Shown here: piece after piece, positions 8,552 through 17,609 of the stretch
Layout: every line of letters begins with the position of its first letter
Numbering within the stretch: the stretch's first letter is position 1
Assembly: GCA_964247135.1 (NCBI GenBank)
Contig: CAXTTL010000036.1
Coordinates: forward strand, 1 to 27,216
Direction of reading: 5' to 3'
Length of the DNA: 27,216 nt
DNA from: an uncultured Deinococcales bacterium
Lineage (GTDB): Bacteria > Deinococcota > Deinococci > Deinococcales > JAAFIG01
Translations under genes and position numbers: made by a program
Notes under the pieces: model-generated
The model's database searches: none
Seen by the model: the letters and a program-made list of their open reading frames with translations, nothing else
What the model was told of the DNA's origin: nothing

Positions 8552-9658
8552 TCAACCCTGGGCATTTGGCGGCTCGAGGTTTTCGTCTTGGCTCATGGCG
8601 ACAATGATTCGTTGCGCCAAGGCTTGAAGTTCATGATCGTTTTCGACCCCTGGGGCTTGATGGATTTTCCATTGCACGCCCGTTCCCGTGTGTGGTTCGG
8701 GCTTGGAGAGCAAACCGCGACGGTGGAGCGTGTGAATCAGATCATCGCTGACGGTTTTACCAATTTTTGCTTCGGTTTCGGTTTTGGCAGCACGCCAGGT
8801 TTTCATGCCGTCCATGTGGCTTAAGAGTTCAAAAATCCAACTTGGCGCGTCCACCAGGTCGTAACCACTCCAAGCCGTTAAGGCAACACCGTCAGCCTCG
8901 ACAAACCAATCCGCCACCGACGGCGCAACCACCTCGGGCAAACTTTCATCACGCACCTGTACGGCTCGAGCAACCTCGGCAATGAAAAGCTCGAGTTTTG
9001 GGGTGCGCAAGGATTTCAGGGTTTCAACGTCCAATTTATCCACGTGGTCAGCACACGCGATATACCAATCAACCCAAGTTTCAAGGCTGGCATCTCGAGA
9101 CGGCGCGTCCGTGATGATCACGGTTTTGGCAATTTCCGATTCCAACCCGAGCAGCAACCAACGCAGCGCAGTCCAAGCCCCGTGTCCCCTCGCGCCGTCA
9201 ACGCTTTTGCAATGCCAGGTGCGACACACGCCGTTGCGGTCGGCATAAATGCTGCAATTGTGAACCCCTGAAACCCAGTACGGGCAGGTCAGTTCCTCGA
9301 GGTTGCCAAACGAAGCCTTACCCAATTCTTGGTACTGCACCTCGAGTTCTGGAGGTCGGACAATGCCGGTGGCATGGCGTGTATCCAGATGCTCGAGTCG
9401 CGCCCGAATTTTCTGTGCGCCAATGCCACCGCGCCGCAACGCCCGACCTGCCAGGAAGTTCGGTAAATCTGGATGGTACGTGCAACACCGTGATTCGGCT
9501 TTGAACACCAACCGATGCTCGGGCAGCATTTGCCCCGCTCGAGGTTTCATGGCGCAATCCGAACACGTTGCAAAACTTTCATTGCCAAAATGCCAAACTT
9601 CAAGCTCTGGCACGATGCTCGAGAAACCTGATCCGAGTTGCGCGGAAAATTCAGTCAT
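8552..9658 (-). CDS. Cys-rich YkgJ-like (putative Fe-S/Zn cluster) protein with a C-terminal winged-helix-like segment
   Basis: TCSDC...RCCTY...TCPYW...CSIYADRNGVCRTWHC follows the YkgJ-type CxxC..CC..CP..CSIY..R...CR pattern. Confidence 0.7.
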   Translation of the reverse strand: MTEFSAQLGSGFSSIVPELEVWHFGNESFATCSDCAMKPRAGQMLPEHRLVFKAESRCCTYHPDLPNFLAGRALRRGGIGAQKIRARLEHLDTRHATGIVRPPELEVQYQELGKASFGNLEELTCPYWVSGVHNCSIYADRNGVCRTWHCKSVDGARGHGAWTALRWLLLGLESEIAKTVIITDAPSRDASLETWVDWYIACADHVDKLDVETLKSLRTPKLELFIAEVARAVQVRDESLPEVVAPSVADWFVEADGVALTAWSGYDLVDAPSWIFELLSHMDGMKTWRAAKTETEAKIGKTVSDDLIHTLHRRGLLSKPEPHTGTGVQWKIHQAPGVENDHELQALAQRIIVAMSQDENLEPPNAQG

Positions 9659-9845
9659 GACACTCGAGCAATGGCATTAAGGTGTTCACCCAAAAATGAT
9701 ACATCCCGTTCAAACTCGAGTTTCAAAACCTCAAGATACCGCCTTGCTGTACGCTAAAAATCGTTCAAATATTGGCTTGAAAGAAAAACTTCTCGCTCCA
9801 GCATTCAAGACAGGAAATAATTTGGTTTCTCGTGGAATCAATAAA

Positions 9846-9885
9846 CCCCCTTCTCTCCTAGGAGAAAAGGGTTGGGGATGAGAGG
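9846..9885. repeat. REP-like small palindromic element downstream of fabH
   Basis: CCCCCTTCTCTCCTAGGAGAAAAGGGTTGGGGATGAGAGG matches the widespread CCCCTCTCCC..GGGAGAGGGG..GGGGTGAGG intergenic repeat type. Confidence 0.6.
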
Positions 9886-9919
9886 ATAGGACAATTGCTG
9901 ATTTTTGTTCAGAAACCTG

Positions 9920-10921
9920 TTAGAACTTCTTCTCGTACCAACGCACCACACCCGAAGCCCAGGTCAACCCCGCACCAAACGTCACGAGCAACAAATCGTC
10001 GCCGTCGCTAATTCGGTCGGTGTCGAGTGCCTCTTGCATGGCAATGCCGATGCTGGCGGTGCTGGTGTTGCCGTAACGTTCGACGTTGCTCATGACTTTC
10101 TCGAGCGGCAACTTCAAATAGGCTCGAGCGGCGTCAATGATGCGGTAATTGGCTTGATGCGGTATAAACAACCCAATATCCTCGAGTTTCATCTCGGCTT
10201 TCTCGAGGGCTTGGATGGTGGCAGATTCCATGATGCGCACGGCGAATTTGAAGACTTCGCGTCCGTTCATGTAGAGCTTGTCTTGGATCATGGTGCCGTC
10301 TGGCAGGTTTGGCGCGACGCACTTCATGTACAAATGCTTGCCGCCCAAACCGTCTGAACCCAGCACGAAGCTTTTAAAGCCGTAACCTTCTGGTACCTCT
10401 TCGACAATGGCGGCGCAAGCCCCGTCACCGAACAACACGCAGGTGGTGCGGTCGGTCCAGTCCACGACTTTGGAAAGCACTTCTGAGCCGATGGTCAAGA
10501 CTTTTTTGCAAGTTCCAGATTTGACGTAAGCGTGGGCTGCTGACAGCGCGTAAATCCAACCTGGGCAAGCCGCCAGCAGGTCAAACGCGCCGGCTTTCAA
10601 ACCAAAATGGCTTTGCACCAAGGCAGCGGTGCTGGGAAACAGGGCGTCGGGCGTGTTGGTGGCAACGATCACCAAATCCACACCCTCGAGTACCGCCGAC
10701 CCGTATTTTTTTATCAGGTTGTCTACCGCCCGAAACGCGAGCGTGGAGACGTATTCGTTTTCTTCGCTGATGCGGCGCTCTTTAATGCCGGTACGGCTGA
10801 CCACCCACTCGTCGTTGGTGTCCACAATTTTAGCAAGGTCGTGATTGGTCACGACCTTGCTGGGAACATACGTTCCGAGTGCCGTCAACCCTACCGCATT
10901 TGGTAAGGAAGAGGGTTTCAT
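9920..10921 (-). CDS. fabH: 3-oxoacyl-ACP synthase III
   Basis: SRTGIKERR, AAC catalytic Cys, PHQAN, YGNTS, FGAGLTW motifs. Confidence 0.97.
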   Translation of the reverse strand: MKPSSLPNAVGLTALGTYVPSKVVTNHDLAKIVDTNDEWVVSRTGIKERRISEENEYVSTLAFRAVDNLIKKYGSAVLEGVDLVIVATNTPDALFPSTAALVQSHFGLKAGAFDLLAACPGWIYALSAAHAYVKSGTCKKVLTIGSEVLSKVVDWTDRTTCVLFGDGACAAIVEEVPEGYGFKSFVLGSDGLGGKHLYMKCVAPNLPDGTMIQDKLYMNGREVFKFAVRIMESATIQALEKAEMKLEDIGLFIPHQANYRIIDAARAYLKLPLEKVMSNVERYGNTSTASIGIAMQEALDTDRISDGDDLLLVTFGAGLTWASGVVRWYEKKF

Positions 10922-10924
10922 GGT

Positions 10925-11119
10925 TTAGGCTTGGGCTTCGATTTTCAGCACGGCGCGACCATCGTAATAACCGCACGATGGGCAAACTTGGTGCTGGAGT
11001 CGTTTGTTGCCGCAGTTTTTGCAGTCCACAAGGTTTGGTACGACCAGCGCGTGGTGTGAGCGGCGCATGTCACGCTTGGATTTCGAGGTCTTCTTTTTGG
11101 GTACTGGATGCTTAGCCAT
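10925..11119 (-). CDS. rpmF: 50S ribosomal protein L32
   Basis: MAKHPVPKKKTSKSKRDMRRSHH...CKNC...CPSCGYY. GGAAGG RBS upstream. Confidence 0.97.
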   Translation of the reverse strand: MAKHPVPKKKTSKSKRDMRRSHHALVVPNLVDCKNCGNKRLQHQVCPSCGYYDGRAVLKIEAQA

Positions 11120-11214
11120 TTCGGTCTTCCTTCCGTAGCGCTGTTCAGGGCGTGCCTGAGCAGGTACTCGTGCTTCATTGAAAATCCGCGAGGCATACTC
11201 GCGGCAGCCGTGAG

Positions 11215-11243
11215 AGTATAGCAGAAGAATGCCCGAAGTGAAA
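11215..11243 (-). promoter_or_regulatory. Probable sigma70 promoter of rpmF-fabH
   Basis: Minus strand TTTCAC-N17-TATACT with extended -10 TG, about 95 nt upstream of rpmF. Confidence 0.55.
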
Positions 11244-11319
11244 GACCTCAATGACCTTGAAAATCTGAAGAGGTGTGATCTTGTGTGGTGCGGTGGGTCA
11301 CAAAGTTTGTGCGTTTACT

Positions 11320-11778
11320 TCAAGCCCACAACAAGGTTTTACCTGTCTCGAGATAGCTCTTCAGTCCAGACAGCACCGGAATCCAACCCTCGCCAAAGTG
11401 ATTGGCTACCTCTTGGCTTGACACCTGGTCGTGAACCAGTGTGAGTTTGATGACGCCCCCCTCGAGTGGTTCGAGGTTGAAACCCACCCGTGAAATGTCC
11501 ATTTGTTCTTGGCGATCTGTTGGAAGTTCAAAGGTGTAACACAGGCGTTTGATAGGTTCGTACTCGAGCACCCTGCCGCTAACGCTGACAGTTACACTGT
11601 CACCCATGTAGAAGCGAATGGGCGAACCAATCGCCCATTCGGATTCGAGCCGTTGCTGGACGGGCGCACGTGGATTGGACCAGTATTGCTGGGTGAATTC
11701 GCCGTTGGTGAGGGCAGCCCACAGTTTTTGCTGGGTGGTGGCGATAAACGTGACATAAACAAATTCGGGCTGGTTCAT
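11320..11778 (-). CDS. SRPBCC (AHSA1/START-like) domain protein, copy 2
   Basis: FVYVTFIATT..KLWAALT..EFTQQYW...LKSYLETG, paralog of 12046..12474. Confidence 0.9.
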   Translation of the reverse strand: MNQPEFVYVTFIATTQQKLWAALTNGEFTQQYWSNPRAPVQQRLESEWAIGSPIRFYMGDSVTVSVSGRVLEYEPIKRLCYTFELPTDRQEQMDISRVGFNLEPLEGGVIKLTLVHDQVSSQEVANHFGEGWIPVLSGLKSYLETGKTLLWA

Positions 11779-11990
11779 GTTTTCTCCAATGCCCGTTTCA
11801 GGGCGGCGATGGCTTCGAGCCGATCCAGAGTTCGTAAGTCTCAGAGACAGGGACAGGGTTGAGGTAAGGCAGCTTTTCGCAGCCGCATCACTGGGTCACG
11901 ACCAGGTTTGCCACCTCGAGCAATGCCAAGTGCTTGCTGACCGCCTGACGGCTCATGTCCAAGTGTGCGCATGGTTCAAGCAGTGTTTAT
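11775..11990 (-). pseudogene. 5'-truncated, frameshifted duplicate of the ArsR gene
   Basis: Aligns with about 12471..12705 but lacks the N-terminus and has a 19-nt deletion between GCCGAT microhomologies. Confidence 0.85.
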
Positions 11991-12045
11991 AAATCTTAAG
12001 AGGCGTGATCGTGTGCGGTGTGGGTATCAAACTTTCGCGTTTCCC

Positions 12046-12474
12046 TCAAGTCCACGGCAAAGCCCTGCCCGTCTCGAGGTAGCTTTTGAGCGAACAAAGA
12101 ATGGGCATCCAAGCCTTGCCAAAACCGTTTGCCGATTCCTGATTTTGAACTCGGTCATGAACCAGGGTGAGTTTGACGGCACTTCCAACAGGCTCGAGCG
12201 TGAAATTGACCCTCGAGTTGGCGGCAAAAGTATAAGAAAGGCGTTTGGGCGGGTCGCACTCGAGCACTTCGCCGCTGACCGCCAAGGCTTGGCTGGTGGT
12301 GTCATAAAGCCGAATCGGTGAACCAATCTGCCAATCGGATTCCAGCCTGTATGGTTCGGGGTTGTACTGGTTAAACCAGTATTGCTGGGTGAACTCGGGG
12401 TTGGTGAGGGCAGCCCATAATTTTTCTGGTGTGGTGGCGATAAACGTGACGTAAACGAATTCGGGCTGATTCAT
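12046..12474 (-). CDS. SRPBCC domain protein, copy 1
   Basis: Same motifs as copy 2, ATGA overlap with arsR. Confidence 0.92.
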   Translation of the reverse strand: MNQPEFVYVTFIATTPEKLWAALTNPEFTQQYWFNQYNPEPYRLESDWQIGSPIRLYDTTSQALAVSGEVLECDPPKRLSYTFAANSRVNFTLEPVGSAVKLTLVHDRVQNQESANGFGKAWMPILCSLKSYLETGRALPWT

Positions 12475-12779
12475 GGTTCCTCCAATGCCCGTTTCAGGGC
12501 GGCGATGGCTTCGAGCCGATGCTTTTCGTACTTGCCGATCCAGCGTTCGTAAATCTCAAAAATTGGCACGGGGTTGAGGTAATGCAGTTTTTCGCGTCCG
12601 CGCCACTGGGTCACGACCAGGTTCGCCTCCTCGAGCAATGTCAGGTGCTTGCTGACCGCCTGACGGCTCATGTCCAGGTGTTCGCACAATTCAAACAGGG
12701 TCTGTCCATTGTTGGCATAAAGCGCGTCGAGCAGTTTTCGGCGGCTTGGATCGGACAGGGCTTTGAAGGTGGCATCCAC
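12471..12779 (-). CDS. ArsR/SmtB family transcriptional regulator
   Basis: FKALSDPSRRKLLDAL...MSRQAVSKHLTLLEEANLV...GREKLHYLN. GTG start just downstream of the promoter. Confidence 0.92.
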   Translation of the reverse strand: MDATFKALSDPSRRKLLDALYANNGQTLFELCEHLDMSRQAVSKHLTLLEEANLVVTQWRGREKLHYLNPVPIFEIYERWIGKYEKHRLEAIAALKRALEEP

Positions 12780-12788
12780 GACCCCTAG

Positions 12789-12818
12789 ATTATATGCAAC
12801 CATTTGGTTGCATGTCAA
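12789..12818 (-). promoter_or_regulatory. Consensus promoter with an overlapping ArsR operator
   Basis: Minus strand TTGACA-N18-TATAAT. The palindrome ATGCAACCA-TT-TGGTTGCAT (12794-12813) fills the spacer. Confidence 0.85.
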
Positions 12819-12920
12819 GTCCTGACATAACCCGATTGTGAATTTAAGCAAATAGACAATCGATGGCTCGAGACTCAAAGCAGCTTGGATGGTGCTCGAG
12901 CCTCGAGCAGAGCCATCAAT

Positions 12921-13352
12921 TTAAGTGCCTGTACCCAAGCCGTTGTTTTTGACCACCTCGCCCAAATCGTAGTCGTTGAGGTAAAAAATGATCTGATACG
13001 AGTTTTGAGTTCTGGCGAGCACATAGCTCGAGGTCAGGGGAATGCTGATCTTATTGCCATCTTGTTTTTGAAAGTGAAATTGAAACCAAACTTTTGCCAG
13101 AATGTACTGTTCGTTCAGTTCAGTTGGTTCGACCTTGAGCATCTCGATTTTTGTTAACCCAAGCGAAAGAAAATATTGTTTTCTGGCATCGAGCGCTTTT
13201 AAAAAATCAATTCGCTGAATCAGACTGACACCGCTGGGCTGCGCATAGATAAAAAAGTCGTGAAATTGAGTCTCGAGTTCGGGTTTATCCAAAGCATCGC
13301 CGGCGGTTTGAAAGCGCTCGAAAAATTCTTGAACGGTCATTTCAGACATCAT
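12921..13352 (-). CDS. Hypothetical protein, NTF2/SnoaL-like
   Basis: About 143 aa, GAGGAG RBS. Helix-then-beta-meander pattern ending YQIIFYL, typical of NTF2-like proteins. Confidence 0.65.
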   Translation of the reverse strand: MMSEMTVQEFFERFQTAGDALDKPELETQFHDFFIYAQPSGVSLIQRIDFLKALDARKQYFLSLGLTKIEMLKVEPTELNEQYILAKVWFQFHFQKQDGNKISIPLTSSYVLARTQNSYQIIFYLNDYDLGEVVKNNGLGTGT

Positions 13353-13540
13353 CAATCCTCCTCAAAATTGGCTGTACTCGAGGAGGATAATGGCTTGGAA
13401 AGTAAAAAAATGTTGTTTAGAACGCGGAAAAATTCCGTGTTTTATGGTAGTATTTTATCATCCAAATATCACCAGGGACGTTCATGGCGACAGCCAAAAG
13501 CCCTTTTCCCCGAGGTCTTTGATTTCACTTCGAGTTTGGC

Positions 13541-13906
13541 TTATTTCGGAATTTCGCTCATCAGTGCCAGCGTATTGCCTTCGCTGTCCTTGAAAAAACA
13601 CATCCAGAGGGTGTGGGTTCCCAAATCGGCAATTTGATGTGGGTCGTCCACAAAAATCACGCCTTTTTCCTGGTATGCAAGATGGGTTGCGCTCAGATCA
13701 GTCACCGTAAAATACAGGACGCTCGAGGGATGGTCATGCTCTGGGGTTTCGGCTGGCGAGAGCATCAACCGCGTGCCAGCACAATCAAAAAATGCCAGTG
13801 GCGGAGCGCTGAACAAGTACGTCAAACCCAGCGCATCGCGGTAGAAACTGGTGGCTCGAGCGGTGTCGTGAACCCGAATGGCAATCTGTCCGATGCGTTC
13901 AATCAT
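13541..13906 (-). CDS. VOC/glyoxalase family protein
   Basis: IGQIAIRVHD...FYRDALGL...FFKDSEGNTLALM. Confidence 0.92.
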   Translation of the reverse strand: MIERIGQIAIRVHDTARATSFYRDALGLTYLFSAPPLAFFDCAGTRLMLSPAETPEHDHPSSVLYFTVTDLSATHLAYQEKGVIFVDDPHQIADLGTHTLWMCFFKDSEGNTLALMSEIPK

Positions 13907-13915
13907 GCCTATATT

Positions 13916-14113
13916 TTAAGGGATGATGGGGGTGCTCACTTCTTCAAAATCACCCAGTTTGCGCTAGGCGCTGGGAGCAACACCAAACACACGATGGAAA
14001 CGGCTGCTTAAACTGCCCAAGCTTTCAAACCCAACCTCGAGACAGATGGTGCTGACCGGCAAGGAAGTGTGTTTTAAGAATTGCCCAGCACGCTCGAGTC
14101 GGCATTGCATCAG
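13916..14113 (-). pseudogene. AraC-family regulator C-terminal remnant
   Basis: RLERAGQFL..TSLPVSTICLEVGFESLGSLSSRFHRVFGVAPSA*RK: AraC HTH2 signature with TAG in place of the conserved Tyr. N-terminus missing. Confidence 0.8.
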
Positions 14114-14309
14114 GTCCGCACGAGACGAGCGACCAGTAAAGAACAATCACGTAAAAAGACCGATGCGGAGTTCAAGAGTGCGACCTTTTGCCATACCTTC
14201 TCCCCCTTGTCGGGCGGTAGCCTCGAGCCTGAACTTCGAGAACACCGTCGGACGCGCGAATTCGTTCTTGCATCCAGAATGGCGTTCTCGAGCTTTCTGC
14301 GCCCTAAAG

Positions 14310-14696
14310 CTACGGATTGGTAGTGGCGGTCGCCTCGTTCGAGTAGCCGCTGAAGCCGAAGGCGTTCTGTGCCCTGAGCCGATACATGTACGTCGTACCC
14401 GCCGTGCGTGCGGCGTCGCTGTAGTTGGTGGCATCGAACCTCGGCGTGGCGACCACCGCGAACGCACCAGCACCAGTCTTGCGCTCGAGTGAATACGCTG
14501 TCACGCCGCCGCCGTTGGCGGGCGTCTGGGCTGGCGTCCAGGTGAGCGCGATCACGGTCTGGGACTGCGGGCTGGCAGTGAGATTGCCTATGACAGGGGT
14601 GCGTGGGTTGGTATCGTCAGGACTGCAGGCTGAGAGGATGCCTGTCAGGAGCACCAACACTGGAAGGGAAAAGCGAACAAACGGTCGGTGATTCAT
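14310..14696 (-). CDS. Fibronectin type III domain lipoprotein
   Basis: Lipobox LSAC, IALTW...YSLER...TTYMYRLRAQN.FG.SGYSNE FN3 motif. AAGGAG RBS. Confidence 0.85.
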   Translation of the reverse strand: MNHRPFVRFSLPVLVLLTGILSACSPDDTNPRTPVIGNLTASPQSQTVIALTWTPAQTPANGGGVTAYSLERKTGAGAFAVVATPRFDATNYSDAARTAGTTYMYRLRAQNAFGFSGYSNEATATTNP

Positions 14697-14936
14697 GCCT
14701 TTAGTCTCCTTTTGCGTCCGGGCAAGGGCATATTTGAAATATGCTTTGAAGCTGAAACCCCCGAAGCACAAACACCATGCTAGCATCAACCTTCGAGGTC
14801 GTAGCCTGTCAAAGCGCGTCAACATTCGATTGGCAGAGCAACCAGCCCGTACCTTGCCAATGGTGTACCCGAGCTTGGGCTGTTAATACCCAACCCGTCG
14901 GACAGTGTTGAAGGCTCGAGTTTTATGGTTTGTATT

Positions 14937-15689
14937 TTACTCGAGCGGATGACGGCTCCAGTCTTTATAAAGTAAATACTCGCTTTTGCTTGTGCCGAGC
15001 GCCCCAAACCATTGCGGGCAATACGGTGCCATGTAAATCACGTCGCTCTTTTGTACCGGATACCAATGTTCATTTAATTTGTAAATTCCGCCACCTTGGA
15101 GCATCAACAGCCCGTGTTCCATGACGTGCGTTTCGACCAAATGCAAACTCGAGCCAGGGTCGAAGGTCATGGTGTTGACCATAAAATCACAACTTGGATG
15201 TTCTGGAATCAATATTCGACATTGCAGCGCGGGGTCGTTGTTGATCGGTGCGGATTTGACTTTTCTCGAGTCAGCCACAATCAATTCTGGTTCGGGAACG
15301 TCTGGTAAATCCAAGTAGGGTTTTTCAAAAACGCAAACTCGAGCTGGCTTTTGACTGTCGATGCTGTGCTCGGTGTTGGCTGGAATAAACGCATAATGCA
15401 GCGCTTTTAAGACATGTTTTTTCTTGCCGACCCTCAGCGTCAGTTCACCCTCGAGCACGAACACAAACCTCGAGCAGTGCTCGAACGCAAGTCCAAAACT
15501 CGAGTTTGCACTGGCTTCGACGGTGTATTGCGTGAATGCCGCACCCATTGCAGGGGAGATGTGAACGATGCAGGTCGCGTTTTTAAAACCAGGCAACGGG
15601 GCGCGAATAAAGCTGTCTGGTGTTAACAGGGCGTGGTCTGGCTTGACTGAGGTGCGCGTAAATCCCAAATGCTGCATGAAAATCTCCAT
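14937..15689 (-). CDS. allE: (S)-ureidoglycine aminohydrolase (bicupin)
   Basis: ETHVMEHGLLMLQGGGIYKL...MAPYCPQWF...YLLYKD is the AllE/YlbA signature. Start is 15689 or 15677. Confidence 0.92.
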   Translation of the reverse strand: MEIFMQHLGFTRTSVKPDHALLTPDSFIRAPLPGFKNATCIVHISPAMGAAFTQYTVEASANSSFGLAFEHCSRFVFVLEGELTLRVGKKKHVLKALHYAFIPANTEHSIDSQKPARVCVFEKPYLDLPDVPEPELIVADSRKVKSAPINNDPALQCRILIPEHPSCDFMVNTMTFDPGSSLHLVETHVMEHGLLMLQGGGIYKLNEHWYPVQKSDVIYMAPYCPQWFGALGTSKSEYLLYKDWSRHPLE

Positions 15690-15744
15690 ATCTCAATCTG
15701 CGTTTCTCGAGAAACCTTGTGCGGCACGACTCGAGTGCATATTG

Positions 15745-15773
15745 TTGACGAATAGCGAATACCGTGCTATTCT
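15745..15773 (+). promoter_or_regulatory. Strong sigma70-type promoter with no downstream ORF
   Basis: TTGACG-N17-TATTCT with extended -10 TG. Inverted repeat GAATAGC-N9-GCTATTC overlaps it. Confidence 0.6.
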
Positions 15774-15784
15774 ATATCCATTCA

Positions 15785-15807
15785 GCGCCTAAACGGGCGC
15801 GTTTTTT
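15785..15807 (+). terminator. Intrinsic terminator right after the orphan promoter
   Basis: GCGCC-taaacg-GGCGC hairpin followed by GTTTTTT. Confidence 0.6.
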
Positions 15808-15890
15808 ATTACTTGAAATTTCTCGAGCATCATTTAAAAACCCGAGATGCCAATTTAAAGCACATCTCGAGCAGCAAGTTCAAACTGAAT

Positions 15891-16334
15891 TTAAACGCCG
15901 ATGGCGTACAAGTCCGTTCCCCGCAACTCGAGTTTGATTCTGGCGAGAGGTTTGTTGGCTGGACCGTTGACCACCGCACCAGTTTGCGCTTTAAAGACCG
16001 AACCGTGACAACCGCAACCCATATTTCCTGCGCCGTCGGGTAAATTGATGGTGCAACCCAAGTGCGTGCAAATTCGGCTTAGAGCCACAAAATTTAAACC
16101 ACTGGCTTGCGCGGTTGCCGTCCGAACCGCAATGGCTGGCGAGCCGCCGAAGTCAAACTCGAGGCTGGAACCAACTTTTGGAAAATCGCTGGTTTTGCCG
16201 ACGCGCACTCCACCTTGGGCGGCAACGTTTCTCGAGCCTTCTTGGGCGCTTGGGGCGCAACCCACAAAAGTAGCGGCTCCAGCGAGGCTGACGGTGCTGA
16301 TCCCAATGGTTTTTAAGGCTTCACGGCGTTTCAT
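15891..16334 (-). CDS. Rieske [2Fe-2S] protein with Tat/lipoprotein signal
   Basis: MKRREALK Tat motif, FVGC lipobox, CTHLGC and CGCHGS Rieske boxes. Confidence 0.92.
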   Translation of the reverse strand: MKRREALKTIGISTVSLAGAATFVGCAPSAQEGSRNVAAQGGVRVGKTSDFPKVGSSLEFDFGGSPAIAVRTATAQASGLNFVALSRICTHLGCTINLPDGAGNMGCGCHGSVFKAQTGAVVNGPANKPLARIKLELRGTDLYAIGV

Positions 16335-16406
16335 ACTGACCCCCGAAATTGATTCTTTTAAACCATAGTGCATGATCGTCATGAGATTTGTAGGTTACGG
16401 TAAGGT

Positions 16407-17513
16407 ATGAATTCGTATTTTTTGACCAAACAACTCGAGGATGGATCGTTTACCAAACCTGGGGTTCGTGGATTTGGCTATCTTGACCCCGCGCAAGCCT
16501 TGCTGCTCGAGACGCTGCCACAACTTGAAGTGTCAGGTTCGGTGTTGGATTTGACGGCTCGGGGCGGGGCGTTGGCGCTCGGGTTTTCCAGACAAGGTTT
16601 GGAAGTTTCGGCGCTCGAGGTGTCGCAAGCCGCAACCACAGCGCTGTCACTCACAGCAAAAAACTCTGATTTTACGATTCTCGAGCCTGAAAGTATTTTC
16701 GACCTCGAGCCTCAATTTGATCTGGTTTGTTTGATTTTGCCCGCAGACCGTGGCAATGCCTTGGTGCGCTTCTGGTGCGAGCGTGTGTTTGCCGCCACCA
16801 AACTTGGCGGACGGGTGCTGATGGCGGGCGACAAGGACAAGGGTTTCGAGCGTTACTTTAAAGAAGCCAAAAACCATTTTGGCAATGCCGAGATTCTCGA
16901 GCGTAGCAAAGGCTTGCGGGTTGGGTTGCTCGAGAAAATCCTGAGTGAAAAACCAATTCAACCCGAATCAGAATTTTTTTCCATTGAAGCCAGAGGCTTA
17001 AAACTCGAGTGTGAAGCCTTGCCTGGCGTGTTCTCGAGTGGCAAATTGGATGCGGCTTCAAAAGTCTTGCTCGAGCATCTGCCGACTGCTGGGGCAAAAC
17101 GGGTGCTCGACATTGGCGCGGGTTACGGCGCTCTGGGCGCAATGTTGGCGCTCGAGGGAGGGATCGTCACGATGCTCGAGGACGATTGGTTTAGCGTGCA
17201 AAGCATCGAACGCAGCCTCGAGTTAAACAAATTGAAGGCTCGAGTCTTGCATTCGGACGTGGACTCGAGCCTGGAACGAGACGCCAAATTCGATTTGATC
17301 GTCATGAACCCACCGTTTCATGTCGGTAAAGACCTGATTCTGGACGTGGCGCTCGAGTTTATTGGGGCGGCAAAACGACACTTGGCGACGCAGGGCGAAA
17401 TCTGGCTGGTGTCCAATCACTTCCTGCCCTACGAACAACCTCTTGCCAGCCTTGGGCGCGTGCGTGAGGTGGCTCGAGATCGCGGCTTTAAGGTGCTGGC
17501 AGTCCAGTCTTGA
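16407..17513 (+). CDS. RsmC/RlmG-like class I SAM-dependent rRNA methyltransferase
   Basis: Two MTase domains, PGVFSSGKLD, LDIGAGYG, NPPFH motifs. Confidence 0.88.
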   Translation: MNSYFLTKQLEDGSFTKPGVRGFGYLDPAQALLLETLPQLEVSGSVLDLTARGGALALGFSRQGLEVSALEVSQAATTALSLTAKNSDFTILEPESIFDLEPQFDLVCLILPADRGNALVRFWCERVFAATKLGGRVLMAGDKDKGFERYFKEAKNHFGNAEILERSKGLRVGLLEKILSEKPIQPESEFFSIEARGLKLECEALPGVFSSGKLDAASKVLLEHLPTAGAKRVLDIGAGYGALGAMLALEGGIVTMLEDDWFSVQSIERSLELNKLKARVLHSDVDSSLERDAKFDLIVMNPPFHVGKDLILDVALEFIGAAKRHLATQGEIWLVSNHFLPYEQPLASLGRVREVARDRGFKVLAVQS

Positions 17514-17609
17514 AACGCGGGTTTTCTCGAGATGTCCGAATTTTACCAAGTCCACGGATTTTTGCTCGATTCCAGCTTTAAGTATGTTAAAGTCTGGTTT
17601 GGAGGACTT

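Noticed and set aside
9789-9800. TTCTCGCTCCA resembles the tRNA-Gly 3' end (possible attR)
   Set aside because: The match is short and gapped, core fab genes lie in between, and there is no integrase in the window.
11120-11251. N-terminal extensions from the ORF track for rpmF (also acpP, arsR, SDR, FN3 and Rieske)
   Set aside because: Family N-termini, RBS positions and promoter positions support the shorter starts.
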